Source: an uncultured candidate division Zixibacteria bacterium
GTDB lineage: Bacteria; Zixibacteria; MSB-5A5; GN15; FEB-12
Direction of reading: 5' to 3'
Assembly: GCA_963735035.1 (NCBI GenBank)
Contig: CAVTJJ010000003.1
Span: 455,328-519,327 of the forward strand
DNA: 64,000 nucleotides
Below, piece by piece: positions 39,702 to 49,144 of this stretch. Positions within the stretch are counted from its first letter, which is position 1, and each line of letters starts with the position of its first letter. A program made the translations under genes and the position numbers. The notes beneath the pieces were generated by a model. The model did not search any database and had not been told where the DNA came from. It saw only the letters and a list, made by a program, of their open reading frames with translations.

Positions 39702-42239
39702 CTACTTCAGAATGACCAACTTCCCGATCTGCGTGCGCGTCGCCGATTCAACGACCCAGTAGTAAAGCCCCGACTCCACCGCCAGACCGGAACGACTCAC
39801 CAGATTCCACCAGTCGTGCATCGACTCCGGGCCGCCTTCGGGGAAATTGTGATCGATTGTGCCAATATGATCGCCATCGAGTGAATACACTTTGATCTTG
39901 CAGACGCGTGGGAGATTGCCAAAGTGGATTAATCGCGCCCGGTCGGGAATGATGTTCCCCTTGCGGTTCTCGTAGCCGCCGTCTTCATAGTTGGCGTCAA
40001 CCCGGTATGGGTTCGGATAGACATAGGCGTCAAGATTCTGTTCTTCGACGATTTCTGACGAGGTCTGGGCGTAGCATTCGGTAACATTATTGAGTGGATT
40101 GGTTTCGTCGGGGGGCATGTTGCCGCGTCCCCCGGCGTAACCAAAGTCAAAGACGGTTACCGCGACAAAATATGGCACAGTCGGCAGAAGGTTATCGATG
40201 ATGTATTCGTATTCGTAGAATTTGGGTAGCATGCGGCCACCGTGTTCAACCGTAATGTCATCTGCTGTCCAAAGGGTTGAGTCGGTGCCGGGATTGACCG
40301 CATCCGGGTAGGCTTTGTGGATGCCGTTGGGTGTAGTCAGACTGTACACGTTCTCATCGACCTCGGAGAAATAAAAGGCACTGTCACCATCGATCAACGG
40401 ACGCTGGCGGGGGTAATCATCCGGGTTGAAATCAGGATTGTTATGGAGAATGCGGAGTGAATCGAGACTGAAGGGCGGATCGTCGTTGACCCAGCGACTC
40501 TCGCCCGATCCCAGTTCGTTGTATTTCCAGCGCAACCAGTCCTGTTTATCGTAACTGGTCAGCAGCGCCAAACTGGTTTTCCGGTTATCCAGACCGCAAT
40601 AGACCCGATACCCCTCGAAATCCATAAGATTGGAAAAGATGTCTTTCGTTGTTTCGGAGAGATACCCGTTCCACCGAACAATAATCTTCCCGGCTTCGGT
40701 CTCGTACCGCGTGAATGGGATCGGCGGTGGGGTGTTGCCGCGAAAGTCGGGAACGCCGTCGCCCTTGTACCAGGTTGTTTCACCTTCGCAGACGCGATAC
40801 TCGCCGAAGTAACCATCGCTGTCCGTGTCCACGCCGGGATTGTCGTAGACCCACTTGGCCCATTGAGCGTTGGTGGCAAGCTCGGAGAAGTTGAGCTGAT
40901 CGTAATATGACTGCGGATTATCGGGATAGAAGACCGCGTTCGGATCGGTGTGGACGTTGTCGCCACCAACCACGGCGATAGTAAAGCTAATCTTGTCTTT
41001 CGACGGCAGTTCAAATGGACCGAAGGAGAGCAAGGCTTTGCCGCCTAGTCCCGATGCAATCAGCTCTGCATTCCCCGGCGGCGCCAGCCATCCTTGGGAC
41101 TGATGGTCAACAGCGGTGAACATCTGGTCATAGTCGACTTCCGGGTGAGACATTACATAATAGAAATTCACATCCTTGTACGGCTGACCAAGGAAGGGGC
41201 CAATCGGTCGAAACGGATCGTCCACCGTTTCTTTCCGTCTCGGCCCGAAGCTATCGCGCAGATTGTTCGTACCAGTCCACCAGTTGAAATTCGGGCGGGA
41301 CACGTCAGCGGACGCACCCAGAAGCATCACACCCACCGCCGCCCTCGGAGAGAGTTCAGTGAATTCACCCGCCACGGGGTCGCCATTATTGTCGATTACA
41401 TAACATAAGTTGAGCGTGTCGCTGTAAGGACAAACTCCCGAATAGCGGATGTTCGGTATGTAACCGGCCAAGTTATCGTCATCATTAACGGCATCTGGCG
41501 TCAAGATGTTGCACGCTACGGTACCAGACTCCAGACCGATGAACACACTTCGCAGGTCCTTGTCCCCGATATTGGCTATATTGAATTCAATGATTACGAA
41601 GTCGTCTACCAAGCCACCGCTCCAGGCCATAGACCTTTGACTGATCTTGAGATCCAGTGATATCTGAGATCTCACATCCCAGCCGACCATTTGATACGGC
41701 GGCGTGAAATTGTCATAGAACTCGCAAATCAGATCCAACTGTGAGCGAGCATTGGGAGAGAAGGAGACTGAGCGGGGATCCCCACTTAGAATTGCAAACG
41801 CGCCAAAGGGCGCCACGTCCGGAGCCATCTCCCAGCTATTCGATACCAAAGTGTCGTTTGCGACTATGGCCCCGACGTGCAACCCGAATCCGAAATAGCT
41901 ATTGTACGATCCACGCGGATAGACACAACCATATACGGAGTCTCCGGTCACGGGGTCGACAATGGCTATTGCTGAACTCGGGCCCCAAATCGTTTCGCCG
42001 ATTTTCCCCGCATTACTGACGCTCAACTGAAGATTGCCCTGGCTGTGAGCCGTCCAGCGAAAATCCGGCCCCATTGACGCGGATGCTGATCCGATAGCAA
42101 GATGTCCGATGAGAACGCTCGCCATCAAAATAAGCTGTGTGGTCAGGGTAACTCCGTGCCACTCCCCTTGGGGTTGGGTTAGATTCGAAGACGATGCAGA
42201 CATTTCCGCGCTGTTGTCCATTCCTGAGTTCGTTCCCAA
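39702..42239 (-). CDS. large secreted protein with T9SS type-A C-terminal sorting domain (function of passenger domain unknown)
   Basis: The C-terminus ...ARLIHFGNLPRVCKIKVYSLDGDHIGTIDHNF...SGLYYWVVESATRTQIGKLVILK resembles Por-secretion C-terminal domains. Asp-rich possible Ca-binding stretches. The start could be the internal Met (MASVLIGHLAIGSASA) at 42125. Confidence 0.65.
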   Translation of the reverse strand: MGTNSGMDNSAEMSASSSNLTQPQGEWHGVTLTTQLILMASVLIGHLAIGSASASMGPDFRWTAHSQGNLQLSVSNAGKIGETIWGPSSAIAIVDPVTGDSVYGCVYPRGSYNSYFGFGLHVGAIVANDTLVSNSWEMAPDVAPFGAFAILSGDPRSVSFSPNARSQLDLICEFYDNFTPPYQMVGWDVRSQISLDLKISQRSMAWSGGLVDDFVIIEFNIANIGDKDLRSVFIGLESGTVACNILTPDAVNDDDNLAGYIPNIRYSGVCPYSDTLNLCYVIDNNGDPVAGEFTELSPRAAVGVMLLGASADVSRPNFNWWTGTNNLRDSFGPRRKETVDDPFRPIGPFLGQPYKDVNFYYVMSHPEVDYDQMFTAVDHQSQGWLAPPGNAELIASGLGGKALLSFGPFELPSKDKISFTIAVVGGDNVHTDPNAVFYPDNPQSYYDQLNFSELATNAQWAKWVYDNPGVDTDSDGYFGEYRVCEGETTWYKGDGVPDFRGNTPPPIPFTRYETEAGKIIVRWNGYLSETTKDIFSNLMDFEGYRVYCGLDNRKTSLALLTSYDKQDWLRWKYNELGSGESRWVNDDPPFSLDSLRILHNNPDFNPDDYPRQRPLIDGDSAFYFSEVDENVYSLTTPNGIHKAYPDAVNPGTDSTLWTADDITVEHGGRMLPKFYEYEYIIDNLLPTVPYFVAVTVFDFGYAGGRGNMPPDETNPLNNVTECYAQTSSEIVEEQNLDAYVYPNPYRVDANYEDGGYENRKGNIIPDRARLIHFGNLPRVCKIKVYSLDGDHIGTIDHNFPEGGPESMHDWWNLVSRSGLAVESGLYYWVVESATRTQIGKLVILK

Positions 42240-42363
42240 TCCTTACAACCGCAAGCGGTGGGCACCGATCGTTCTGCCAATTTCTACCATTTCATGCTTC
42301 GACAGGCTCATGATTCGACCCTTCGACAAGCTCAGGGCTCAGCATGACTTGGTCCGGCAGGGA

Positions 42364-42383
42364 TGGAACCCTGCCGATCACAA
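42364..42383 (+). repeat. 20-bp direct repeat TGGAACCCTGCCGATCACAA, copy 2 of 2
   Basis: Identical to 39675–39694. Overlaps the first unit of the 17-bp tandem array. Confidence 0.8.
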
Positions 42384-42503
42384 TTGACTGCCGATCACAA
42401 TTGACTGCCGATCATAATTGCCTGCCGAATACAATTAACTGCCGATCATGGTTGCCTGCCGATTATAATTGCCTGCCGAATATAATTGCCTGCCAATTAC
42501 AAG
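42371..42503 (+). repeat. tandem array of about 7.8 copies of a 17-bp unit (consensus CTGCCGATCACAATTGA), in the divergent promoter region between the T9SS-substrate gene and folE
   Basis: Units read directly: ctgccgatcacaattga x2, ctgccgatcataattgc, ctgccgaatacaattaa, ctgccgatcatggttgc, ctgccgattataattgc, ctgccgaatataattgc, ctgccaattacaag. No spacers, so not CRISPR. The track ORF 42344..42733 across it is an artefact of the repeat. Confidence 0.85.
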
Positions 42504-42746
42504 ACGCAGTGCGCGTCATCATACCTGAACCCCACCTGCCAGCAGGTGGGCCACTAAGACCAATTACGCGGTGTCAAGCCGGAACCCTCAAAATACGGGG
42601 GATGCTGTCTCCTGAGGGCAGGATAATTTACCTCGCGAGGCGATACAAGCGTAATTCGCCACAATTCGGCATCTTTCGCCCCAAATCCCGCTGGCGGCGG
42701 CCGCCGCAATCCGTACATTGGGATCAACGTTGAGTATCACGGAGAG

Positions 42747-43292
42747 TTGAGAATGGAACAAGAATACCGCAAGATAATTACCGCCATCGGCGAAAACCCC
42801 GACCGTGAAGGTCTGCTGAAAACACCCACCCGCGCCGCCGACGCCATGCGTTATCTCACCCACGGATATCATCAGAATATCAAAGAAGTGATCGGTGACA
42901 GTCTCTACAAGGCCGACACCGATGAGATGATTATTATCAAAGATATCGAGCTCTATTCCCTCTGCGAACATCACCTCCTCCCCTTCATCGGAAAGTGCCA
43001 CGTCGCCTACCTTCCCAAAGATTACCAGATCGGTATATCGAAAATCGCCCGGATTGTTGATCTCTTCGCGCGTCGTCTGCAGGTTCAGGAACGCCTGACC
43101 CGCGAGATCGCTGAATCGCTGATGGATCAGTTGAAGCCAGGCGGGGTCGGCGTGGTGATCGAAGCCCAGCATTTGTGCATGATGATGCGTGGGGTGGAAA
43201 AGCAGAACTCGGTGATGAAGACCTCGTGTCTCCTGGGATATTTCCGAGACCGCGCCAGCACCCGGGCCGAGTTCATGCAGCTAATTCAATAG
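42747..43292 (+). CDS. folE: GTP cyclohydrolase I
   Basis: The conserved FolE block ([47 protein letters not shown]) and the 181-aa length fit FolE. Confidence 0.9.
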   Translation: MRMEQEYRKIITAIGENPDREGLLKTPTRAADAMRYLTHGYHQNIKEVIGDSLYKADTDEMIIIKDIELYSLCEHHLLPFIGKCHVAYLPKDYQIGISKIARIVDLFARRLQVQERLTREIAESLMDQLKPGGVGVVIEAQHLCMMMRGVEKQNSVMKTSCLLGYFRDRASTRAEFMQLIQ

Positions 43293-43317
43293 ACGCATCC
43301 TGAGTCCGAGTATCAGA

Positions 43318-43653
43318 TTACTCCAGAGGATCAACCGGCATCGGGTCGTTCAAAACAACACCGGGGTCGTCTTCGACCATTTCGTGACGACGTCGCAGAA
43401 TGATAAGCCGCGCCCGTATCATGGTCTCCTTGACTGTCTCGGAAGGCCTGATTGGCAGACCATATCGCTTCTGCAGACGCATCACATAATATCGCTCTTC
43501 TTCCTTGCGACGTAACGATTTAATAGCCGCCTCGAATTCGTCACGGCGGTCGGCGGCCGGCGCTAAGAGATAACGAATATCTTCCGGCAGGCGGGACAGA
43601 TACTTTTCCGTCAGAAAGTAGCGGCTGGTGGTTTGGTTTGTCGATTCGTTCAT
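43318..43653 (-). CDS. hypothetical protein
   Basis: 111-aa ORF in the track, charged and probably helical. No recognisable motif. Confidence 0.4.
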   Translation of the reverse strand: MNESTNQTTSRYFLTEKYLSRLPEDIRYLLAPAADRRDEFEAAIKSLRRKEEERYYVMRLQKRYGLPIRPSETVKETMIRARLIILRRRHEMVEDDPGVVLNDPMPVDPLE

Positions 43654-44023
43654 AACATCACATCCAAAAATGGATAAATAGAGTCCTAATTAGAGCATTC
43701 TATCGCTGCTCTTAACAGTCGAGCCTAAAACCGGGTTCCCGAAAAGTAAGCCCTCGTAATGCCCTGACATTGGGGAGTCGTCGGTCGCCAGAACTTCGGG
43801 CGGTTTCCGAATGTTCTTACTAGTCTGGGGAGGCTGTTTCGTCACTTTTCGAATCCCCTCCCGGAGAATACTTCTCTTGGGAAACATCTCTTATTCAACC
43901 CCAACTTGCCTTCGAACCTATTCCTCCGTAAATTGTACCAGTCTTGATGCCGCCCCGCTGCGAATCAGCTCCGGTAGTCGGCGAGATCGCAATTACGATT
44001 GGCGTATCAACAGGAGAAGATGT

Positions 44024-44506
44024 ATGAATCGAAAATTCAGGTTGAGCGTAGCAGGATTCGTGGCCGTTGTCATATTGGTCGCTTCCAACGCCGGCGCTCA
44101 GTCCAAGCCTGATTCGCTTGCCTCTCTGAAGGCCCAGGCTGACTCCATCTCGGCCGTCCTGGGCAGGGCGTTACTGCAGAAAGACTCGGCCCGGATTGTG
44201 GGTTCTGTCTCTGACACGGTTGGAATTGTGATGCCGGGGAATAAAGCCTTCAGTGGCCGCGAAAAGCTTGCTCATTACCTCCCCCTTCTTTTCGAAAAAT
44301 GGGGTGGCGCAAGAGTCGAAGTGACTCGTAACGCCATTGAGCGGGTTCCCGGCTACACCGATATGGCCCGCCAGACCGGGGCGCTCGCTCTGACTCGCAC
44401 TGACCCCAACGGCAAGGACGACAAGTGGCTGGGCCAGTATACCGTGTATTGGAAATTCACCGACACTTCCTGGACCATCGAGAGGCTCTTTGTCGCCACG
44501 CGCTAG
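44024..44506 (+). CDS. secreted NTF2-like (SnoaL/DUF4440-type) domain protein, paralog 1
   Basis: Signal peptide MNRKFRLSVAGFVAVVILVASNAGAQ. C-terminal ...WLGQYTVYWKFTDTSWTIERLFVA typical of the NTF2-like fold. Start at the internal ATG; the track ORF starts at 43811. Confidence 0.55.
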   Translation: MNRKFRLSVAGFVAVVILVASNAGAQSKPDSLASLKAQADSISAVLGRALLQKDSARIVGSVSDTVGIVMPGNKAFSGREKLAHYLPLLFEKWGGARVEVTRNAIERVPGYTDMARQTGALALTRTDPNGKDDKWLGQYTVYWKFTDTSWTIERLFVATR

Positions 44507-44533
44507 TGCGACACCCAGCCACGACAGGTTGTT

Positions 44534-45040
44534 ATGCAATTATCAGGTTATTTCAAGAAGATTACCGTCTATTTGCTGTCAGTCTCATGTTTCGCCTGGA
44601 CCTCGGTAACTGCAGCGGGCAGTCTCGCCCAGTTACGTACAGCCAGTGATTCCGCCAGGCAAATTGTACAACAAGCCCTTGCTAGTGAAGAATCCGATCC
44701 TCTGGCCTCGGTCTTTACTGAAGACGGCTCAGTGGTCGTACCGACCGGTCAGGTCATTCGAGGCCGCACTACGATCGGATCGATGGCGGCGCTTATGATG
44801 ATGACCTGGGGCGGTGGCAATTTGCAGACAACCCCCGACAGCCTCGCGGTCAGGGACAGCACCGGTTACGAAATCGGCCGTTTCGTGTTTCGCCGCCAGG
44901 TCAAGAACCTTCCGGATCAAGTATGGGCGGGCGGGTACACGGCGGTTTGGCAAATCGAAAAGGGCGCCTGGAAAATATCCCGAGTGACGGGCTTGTTGAA
45001 TAAACCGAGTACTCAGACCGAGAAACCGGGTGGAAAATAA
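44534..45040 (+). CDS. secreted NTF2-like (SnoaL/DUF4440-type) domain protein, paralog 2
   Basis: Signal peptide MQLSGYFKKITVYLLSVSCFAWTSVTAA. C-terminal ...GGYTAVWQIEKGAWKISRVTGLL parallels the upstream paralog. Confidence 0.55.
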   Translation: MQLSGYFKKITVYLLSVSCFAWTSVTAAGSLAQLRTASDSARQIVQQALASEESDPLASVFTEDGSVVVPTGQVIRGRTTIGSMAALMMMTWGGGNLQTTPDSLAVRDSTGYEIGRFVFRRQVKNLPDQVWAGGYTAVWQIEKGAWKISRVTGLLNKPSTQTEKPGGK

Positions 45041-45115
45041 ACTCACGACCGCCGATATATGAGAGAGCAGTCAGGTGCGGTCTATTAATGAGAAGTTTAT
45101 GAAAGAGGCAATCGG

Positions 45116-45742
45116 ATGATCTGGAATGTGATCTTATGGGCGGCGGTGGCTTTCTTAGTTATTACAATCTTATTCCGCCTGCTGTCGTCCCGCCAACCCG
45201 AACCGGTTTCCGGAGAGGCCGCATTGGAGCCCTCGCCGGTCAGCAAGATCTTGGGACGCGGGTGGATTGCTCCTGTGATCGCCGTTATCGTGGCCGTGGT
45301 GGCGCTTGGATTCATATACTGTCCCTGGTTCTGTAAGCAGAATTGGAACGAAACCGAGCAGGTGGATGTGGATCATTTCATTGAAGCCATCTCGTTGTAC
45401 CAGGATGCCAGCACCCTGTCACAGAAGAGGGGTGTCGGCCGCGAAGATTGGGAATCGGTGAACGCCCTGCTCCAGGCGTCGCTTTCCGAGGCGGAACAGG
45501 TCAGCGATACTATCTTGAAGAAGATCGACCCTGAATTGCCGGCACAGTTTAAGGACAAGTTCCTGCCCGGATTGCGCATCGGCTCATACGGACTTAGATA
45601 CTATGCCCAGCCGCCGCAGAAAGGCAAAGACACGGTGGAACACTACCGCGACGACAGCCTCGCGCAGAGTCGGGGGCTACTTGAAGAATGGAATGCCTGG
45701 TTCACCGCCCACAGGGCGGAAATAATGGACAAGCTTCAATAG
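45116..45742 (+). CDS. hypothetical membrane protein (two TM helices)
   Basis: MIWNVILWAAVAFLVITILFRLL and IAPVIAVIVAVVALGFIY TM segments. No motif recognised. Confidence 0.45.
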   Translation: MIWNVILWAAVAFLVITILFRLLSSRQPEPVSGEAALEPSPVSKILGRGWIAPVIAVIVAVVALGFIYCPWFCKQNWNETEQVDVDHFIEAISLYQDASTLSQKRGVGREDWESVNALLQASLSEAEQVSDTILKKIDPELPAQFKDKFLPGLRIGSYGLRYYAQPPQKGKDTVEHYRDDSLAQSRGLLEEWNAWFTAHRAEIMDKLQ

Positions 45743-45771
45743 AACCATCGCAAGAAATTGAGCAAGAGAAA

Positions 45772-45798
45772 GGCGAGAGGAGTAGCGCTCCTCTCGCC
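45772..45798. terminator. bidirectional terminator hairpin between convergent genes
   Basis: GGCGAGAGGAG-tagcg-CTCCTCTCGCC (11-bp stem) followed by TTATTTCATTTC. Lies between the + gene ending at 45742 and the - gene ending at 45858. Confidence 0.6.
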
Positions 45799-45857
45799 TT
45801 ATTTCATTTCACCTGTCAACTCTCAGCCGATATGTCTCTATCGTAGCTTCCTTCCAC

Positions 45858-48800
45858 CTACATGCAATTCGGCAATCCGAGAGAAGGTCCGGTGATAAAG
45901 AGATAATCGATCAGCGTCGAGATATCGCCGATAGTGATATCTGCCGCACCCGGATTCGCTCCACCCGATTGATTCACGTCGGCTTCGCCGTAGCATGACA
46001 GCGGCGTCCCAGATATAAACAAGTTACTTATAATGACCGAAATATCGCCGATCGTAGGCTCGGGGTTGCCATCCATGTTGGCATCGCCAACAATACCGAC
46101 ACAGCAGCACGCGTCGCCGACACCGTCATGATTGGTGTCCTGCTGTCCCGGATTGGGCTTCTGAGGACAATTGTCGCAGAGGTCACCGACACCGTCGCCG
46201 TCTGCATCTGCCTGGCCGGGATTGGCAATCGCCGGACAATTGTCGCAGACGTTGCCAACTCCATCGCCGTCCGTATCAGCCTGATCCGGATTGGCAATAA
46301 AGGGGCAATTGTCGACTGCATCCGGAATCCCATCGGCGTCCGTGTCAAGTGCAATAACGCTGCACTCGTATCCGGTCACGCGGAAGTCATCGATGTTCCA
46401 TCCGCAGAAGACCCAGCCGCCGTCGGTCGGTCCCATGGTGAAACGGATGTAAACGACGGGTTGCCCGGAAGCGACCGTCGAGATGTTGACGTCCATCGGC
46501 GTCCACACCGAATCGGCCATCTCAGTGGGATTTTCCCAGACCGTAGTCCAAGTCGTCCCGTTGGTGCTGGCCGCAATTGTGGCCTTGTCAAAGAGGGGTT
46601 GCTCGACACCCAGCCAGCGTTGAAAATCGATATGAACATTGGTCAGTCCGGTGCAATTGAACGCCGGGCTGGTCAAGTAACGCTCGGGCATGTTGTTCGT
46701 ATAGTCACCTGCCAGATTGAAACCGTACTCGTTGGTTCCGGAGAAGGCGCTGGCCGGATCAGGATGACCATGCTCACCACCGGCGCCCGCAGGCGTACCC
46801 CGCGCCCAACCGGTGCCGGGTGTCCATCCTTTATTGGTCTCGAAATTGTCCTCGAACACCGTTACCTGATTGACTCCGGGCTCGGCCAGGTACCATTGTG
46901 AAGCTCCTGGATCGAGGAACTGACCCGAAGTTGTCTCGTAGGCCTCGACCATGTATTTTACCTTGGAACCGCAGGCCACTGGCGGAATCGTCAACTCGTA
47001 ATGGCCGGGACCAAGCTCGGTCACGCCGCCCATTTCCATCATGCCGTTGTCAACCTGGTACCACAAGCCGCCGCTGCCGGCCACAACCGATCCCTCATAG
47101 GTCGCCGCGACGTTGACTTCAAACGTGGTCGGAGAGTCCGGAGTCAGCAGGCTGGGGAGTCCGTTCGGGTACGTGAAAGTAAGCGTTGGAGCCGGCATTG
47201 CTACTCCAACCGCGGTCCAGGCGTTGCGTACCTGGGTTTCCCAGGCGCCCGACGGATCGAGATCGCGCGCCGCCAAAACCGTCCCATACGCCGCTTCGGA
47301 ATAGGTAGTGAGCGAGGTCCAGTAATATACGTTGGCGCGATAGGCCACTTCAATCGCGTGACTGACATTGATTCCGGTGACAGTCACGCTATGGAACGTA
47401 CCGCCGTCGGACAAGAGATAGAACCATTTGTTGCCGACACCGCTGTTGGTATGGACACCACAATAGTCATTGCCATTCGAAGGCGTGCAACCTGAAACGT
47501 TGACCCAGTAGGATCCGCCGTAATAATCTGGATCCGAACGGGCCGGGGGATTGGACATGTCGCGGAAATATGACCCGCTGATCTGGCCGTTCTCACCCAT
47601 GTACCAATCCGGGGTATCATAAGTCGGATGCGCGAATTCGAATGCCGCCCCCATCATATCCGAGAACGATTCGTTCAGCGCTCCCGATTCTTTCTCGTAG
47701 GCAAGATTCGAAGTCACACCGGTGATGGCGTGCCCCCATTCATGAGCAATCACGTCCGGACAGCCCGCCAAAGACCGCCACCCGGTGCCCCAGGACCATA
47801 CTACCATCTGCACGCCGTTCCAGTAGGCGTTGTTATTGCCTTCGGCCGAATAATCCACCGAAGCCCGCATGGGCGCGCCGGCATTGTCATAGCTGTTCCG
47901 CCCAAACGCCGAAAGCCACCAGTCGTACACCAGAGCCGAGTATACCTGAGCATCTACTGACGAAGCCTGCGACGGTGAATCCCAGACATTGTCGGCGTCG
48001 GTCGCCAGCGTCCCCGGAAGAGTCGTGCTGGCTACGTAAGTCGTGATGTTGTTACCCGTCGGCATCTGACCGTTGTGACCGTGTGGATTGTTGGTCGCCT
48101 GACGAGTATTGTCGGTCATGCTGTAGATCGACCCGTTGTAGTCCGTGTCAATGTGGGGACGGGACGTGCCCATAACCCCGGTGCCGGTGCCGATCTCGGC
48201 CACATCCATGATTCGGTTAGCTTTGAAAATCACCTGGCCGGTTTTGGCGTCCACGAAATACTCCCACCGTCCCATCGGGGTTTCGGAAAATATTTCCATC
48301 CGCCACGCGACGTAGTTCGTGCCTTCCCACGGGAAGATGATCAACTCCGGTTCATTGGGCTGGCCGCTTCCGAAAAATGATTTGAGGTCGCTCAGCGCGG
48401 TTTGCCGGGCCTGGTTGGCGTTGAATTGCGCGGTCGGATCAACTTTGATGTTGTCGATATACGTCCCGTTGACCGCATTTAATGCGCCGTCTTTGTCAAA
48501 GTGGGAGATCAACTCTCCGCCATAGACCGGCAGTCCCTGGTACACCTGCCCCATCCGGACGTGCCTCATGCCGACCTTATCCTGGTCAATCCGTTTGACC
48601 TTGATCTCGTCGACCGGGCTCTTCATCTGGTAGGCTGATTTGTGAGCGTCGAGAAAGCGAAGGGTGGCAGCGGTTTCCTCGCCCGGAGCCACCGGGGCCG
48701 ACAAGCGGCCGGCTACGAACCTAAGACGTCCTGTCTCGTTATCTTGCAGCAGGCTTACGCCGGTTTCGGCCTTGAGTTGGTCGATTCCGGCCTGCATTCG

Positions 48801-48869
48801 AGTCGGCGTGGCGGCAATAGCCGACCCAGCCGTGATCGCAAGGATCACCGCAAGGGTGGTAAAACGCAT
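45858..48869 (-). CDS. secreted thermolysin-like zinc metallopeptidase (M4 family) with C-terminal thrombospondin-type-3 repeats and a dockerin-like tail
   Basis: [10 protein letters not shown]...[17 protein letters not shown] is the M4 HExxH plus downstream Glu/Asp signature. Signal peptide [19 protein letters not shown] with GGAGG 8 nt upstream; start moved from the track's 48902. C-terminal [15 protein letters not shown].. repeats and a [18 protein letters not shown].../ADVNQSGG...[26 protein letters not shown] tail. Confidence 0.85.
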   Translation of the reverse strand: MRFTTLAVILAITAGSAIAATPTRMQAGIDQLKAETGVSLLQDNETGRLRFVAGRLSAPVAPGEETAATLRFLDAHKSAYQMKSPVDEIKVKRIDQDKVGMRHVRMGQVYQGLPVYGGELISHFDKDGALNAVNGTYIDNIKVDPTAQFNANQARQTALSDLKSFFGSGQPNEPELIIFPWEGTNYVAWRMEIFSETPMGRWEYFVDAKTGQVIFKANRIMDVAEIGTGTGVMGTSRPHIDTDYNGSIYSMTDNTRQATNNPHGHNGQMPTGNNITTYVASTTLPGTLATDADNVWDSPSQASSVDAQVYSALVYDWWLSAFGRNSYDNAGAPMRASVDYSAEGNNNAYWNGVQMVVWSWGTGWRSLAGCPDVIAHEWGHAITGVTSNLAYEKESGALNESFSDMMGAAFEFAHPTYDTPDWYMGENGQISGSYFRDMSNPPARSDPDYYGGSYWVNVSGCTPSNGNDYCGVHTNSGVGNKWFYLLSDGGTFHSVTVTGINVSHAIEVAYRANVYYWTSLTTYSEAAYGTVLAARDLDPSGAWETQVRNAWTAVGVAMPAPTLTFTYPNGLPSLLTPDSPTTFEVNVAATYEGSVVAGSGGLWYQVDNGMMEMGGVTELGPGHYELTIPPVACGSKVKYMVEAYETTSGQFLDPGASQWYLAEPGVNQVTVFEDNFETNKGWTPGTGWARGTPAGAGGEHGHPDPASAFSGTNEYGFNLAGDYTNNMPERYLTSPAFNCTGLTNVHIDFQRWLGVEQPLFDKATIAASTNGTTWTTVWENPTEMADSVWTPMDVNISTVASGQPVVYIRFTMGPTDGGWVFCGWNIDDFRVTGYECSVIALDTDADGIPDAVDNCPFIANPDQADTDGDGVGNVCDNCPAIANPGQADADGDGVGDLCDNCPQKPNPGQQDTNHDGVGDACCCVGIVGDANMDGNPEPTIGDISVIISNLFISGTPLSCYGEADVNQSGGANPGAADITIGDISTLIDYLFITGPSLGLPNCM
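46115..46355 (-). repeat. thrombospondin type-3-like calcium-binding repeats (3–4 copies) within the M4 peptidase gene
   Basis: Repeated DxDxDGxxDxxDNCPxxxNPxQxD units in the translation. The nucleotide region is visibly repetitive. Confidence 0.7.
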
Positions 48870-49144
48870 GAAAATGTACCTCCAAAGGGTATGATCGTCC
48901 ACACAGTCCTAATGAATAACTTTCGGCACTGTCTGATAGTGCCCGAAAATCATGTAGTAAAGGGCAGGTCCATCAGAAAGGTAGGGGAAAATCGATATTA
49001 GTCAAGGGGTGAAATGTATCGATAAATCGGCCCACGACGCGGCTTTTGGGCTGGACAAATGCATACGATTTCGTATATTATTCCGATAGGGCAACAGCCT
49101 AAACTACATACCATTGAGTCCCGCCAGGACCGGAGGCATATCAC

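Noticed and set aside
42371-42503. Possible CRISPR array
   Set aside because: The repeats are directly tandem with no intervening unique spacers, the unit is only 17 bp, and the copies degenerate. No cas genes are nearby.
42344-42733. 129-aa ORF in the track (MTWSGRDGTLPITIDCRSQLTADHNCLPNTINC...)
   Set aside because: Its periodic peptide sequence is just the translation of the 17-bp tandem DNA repeat. It lies in the divergent promoter region and has no RBS or coding signal.
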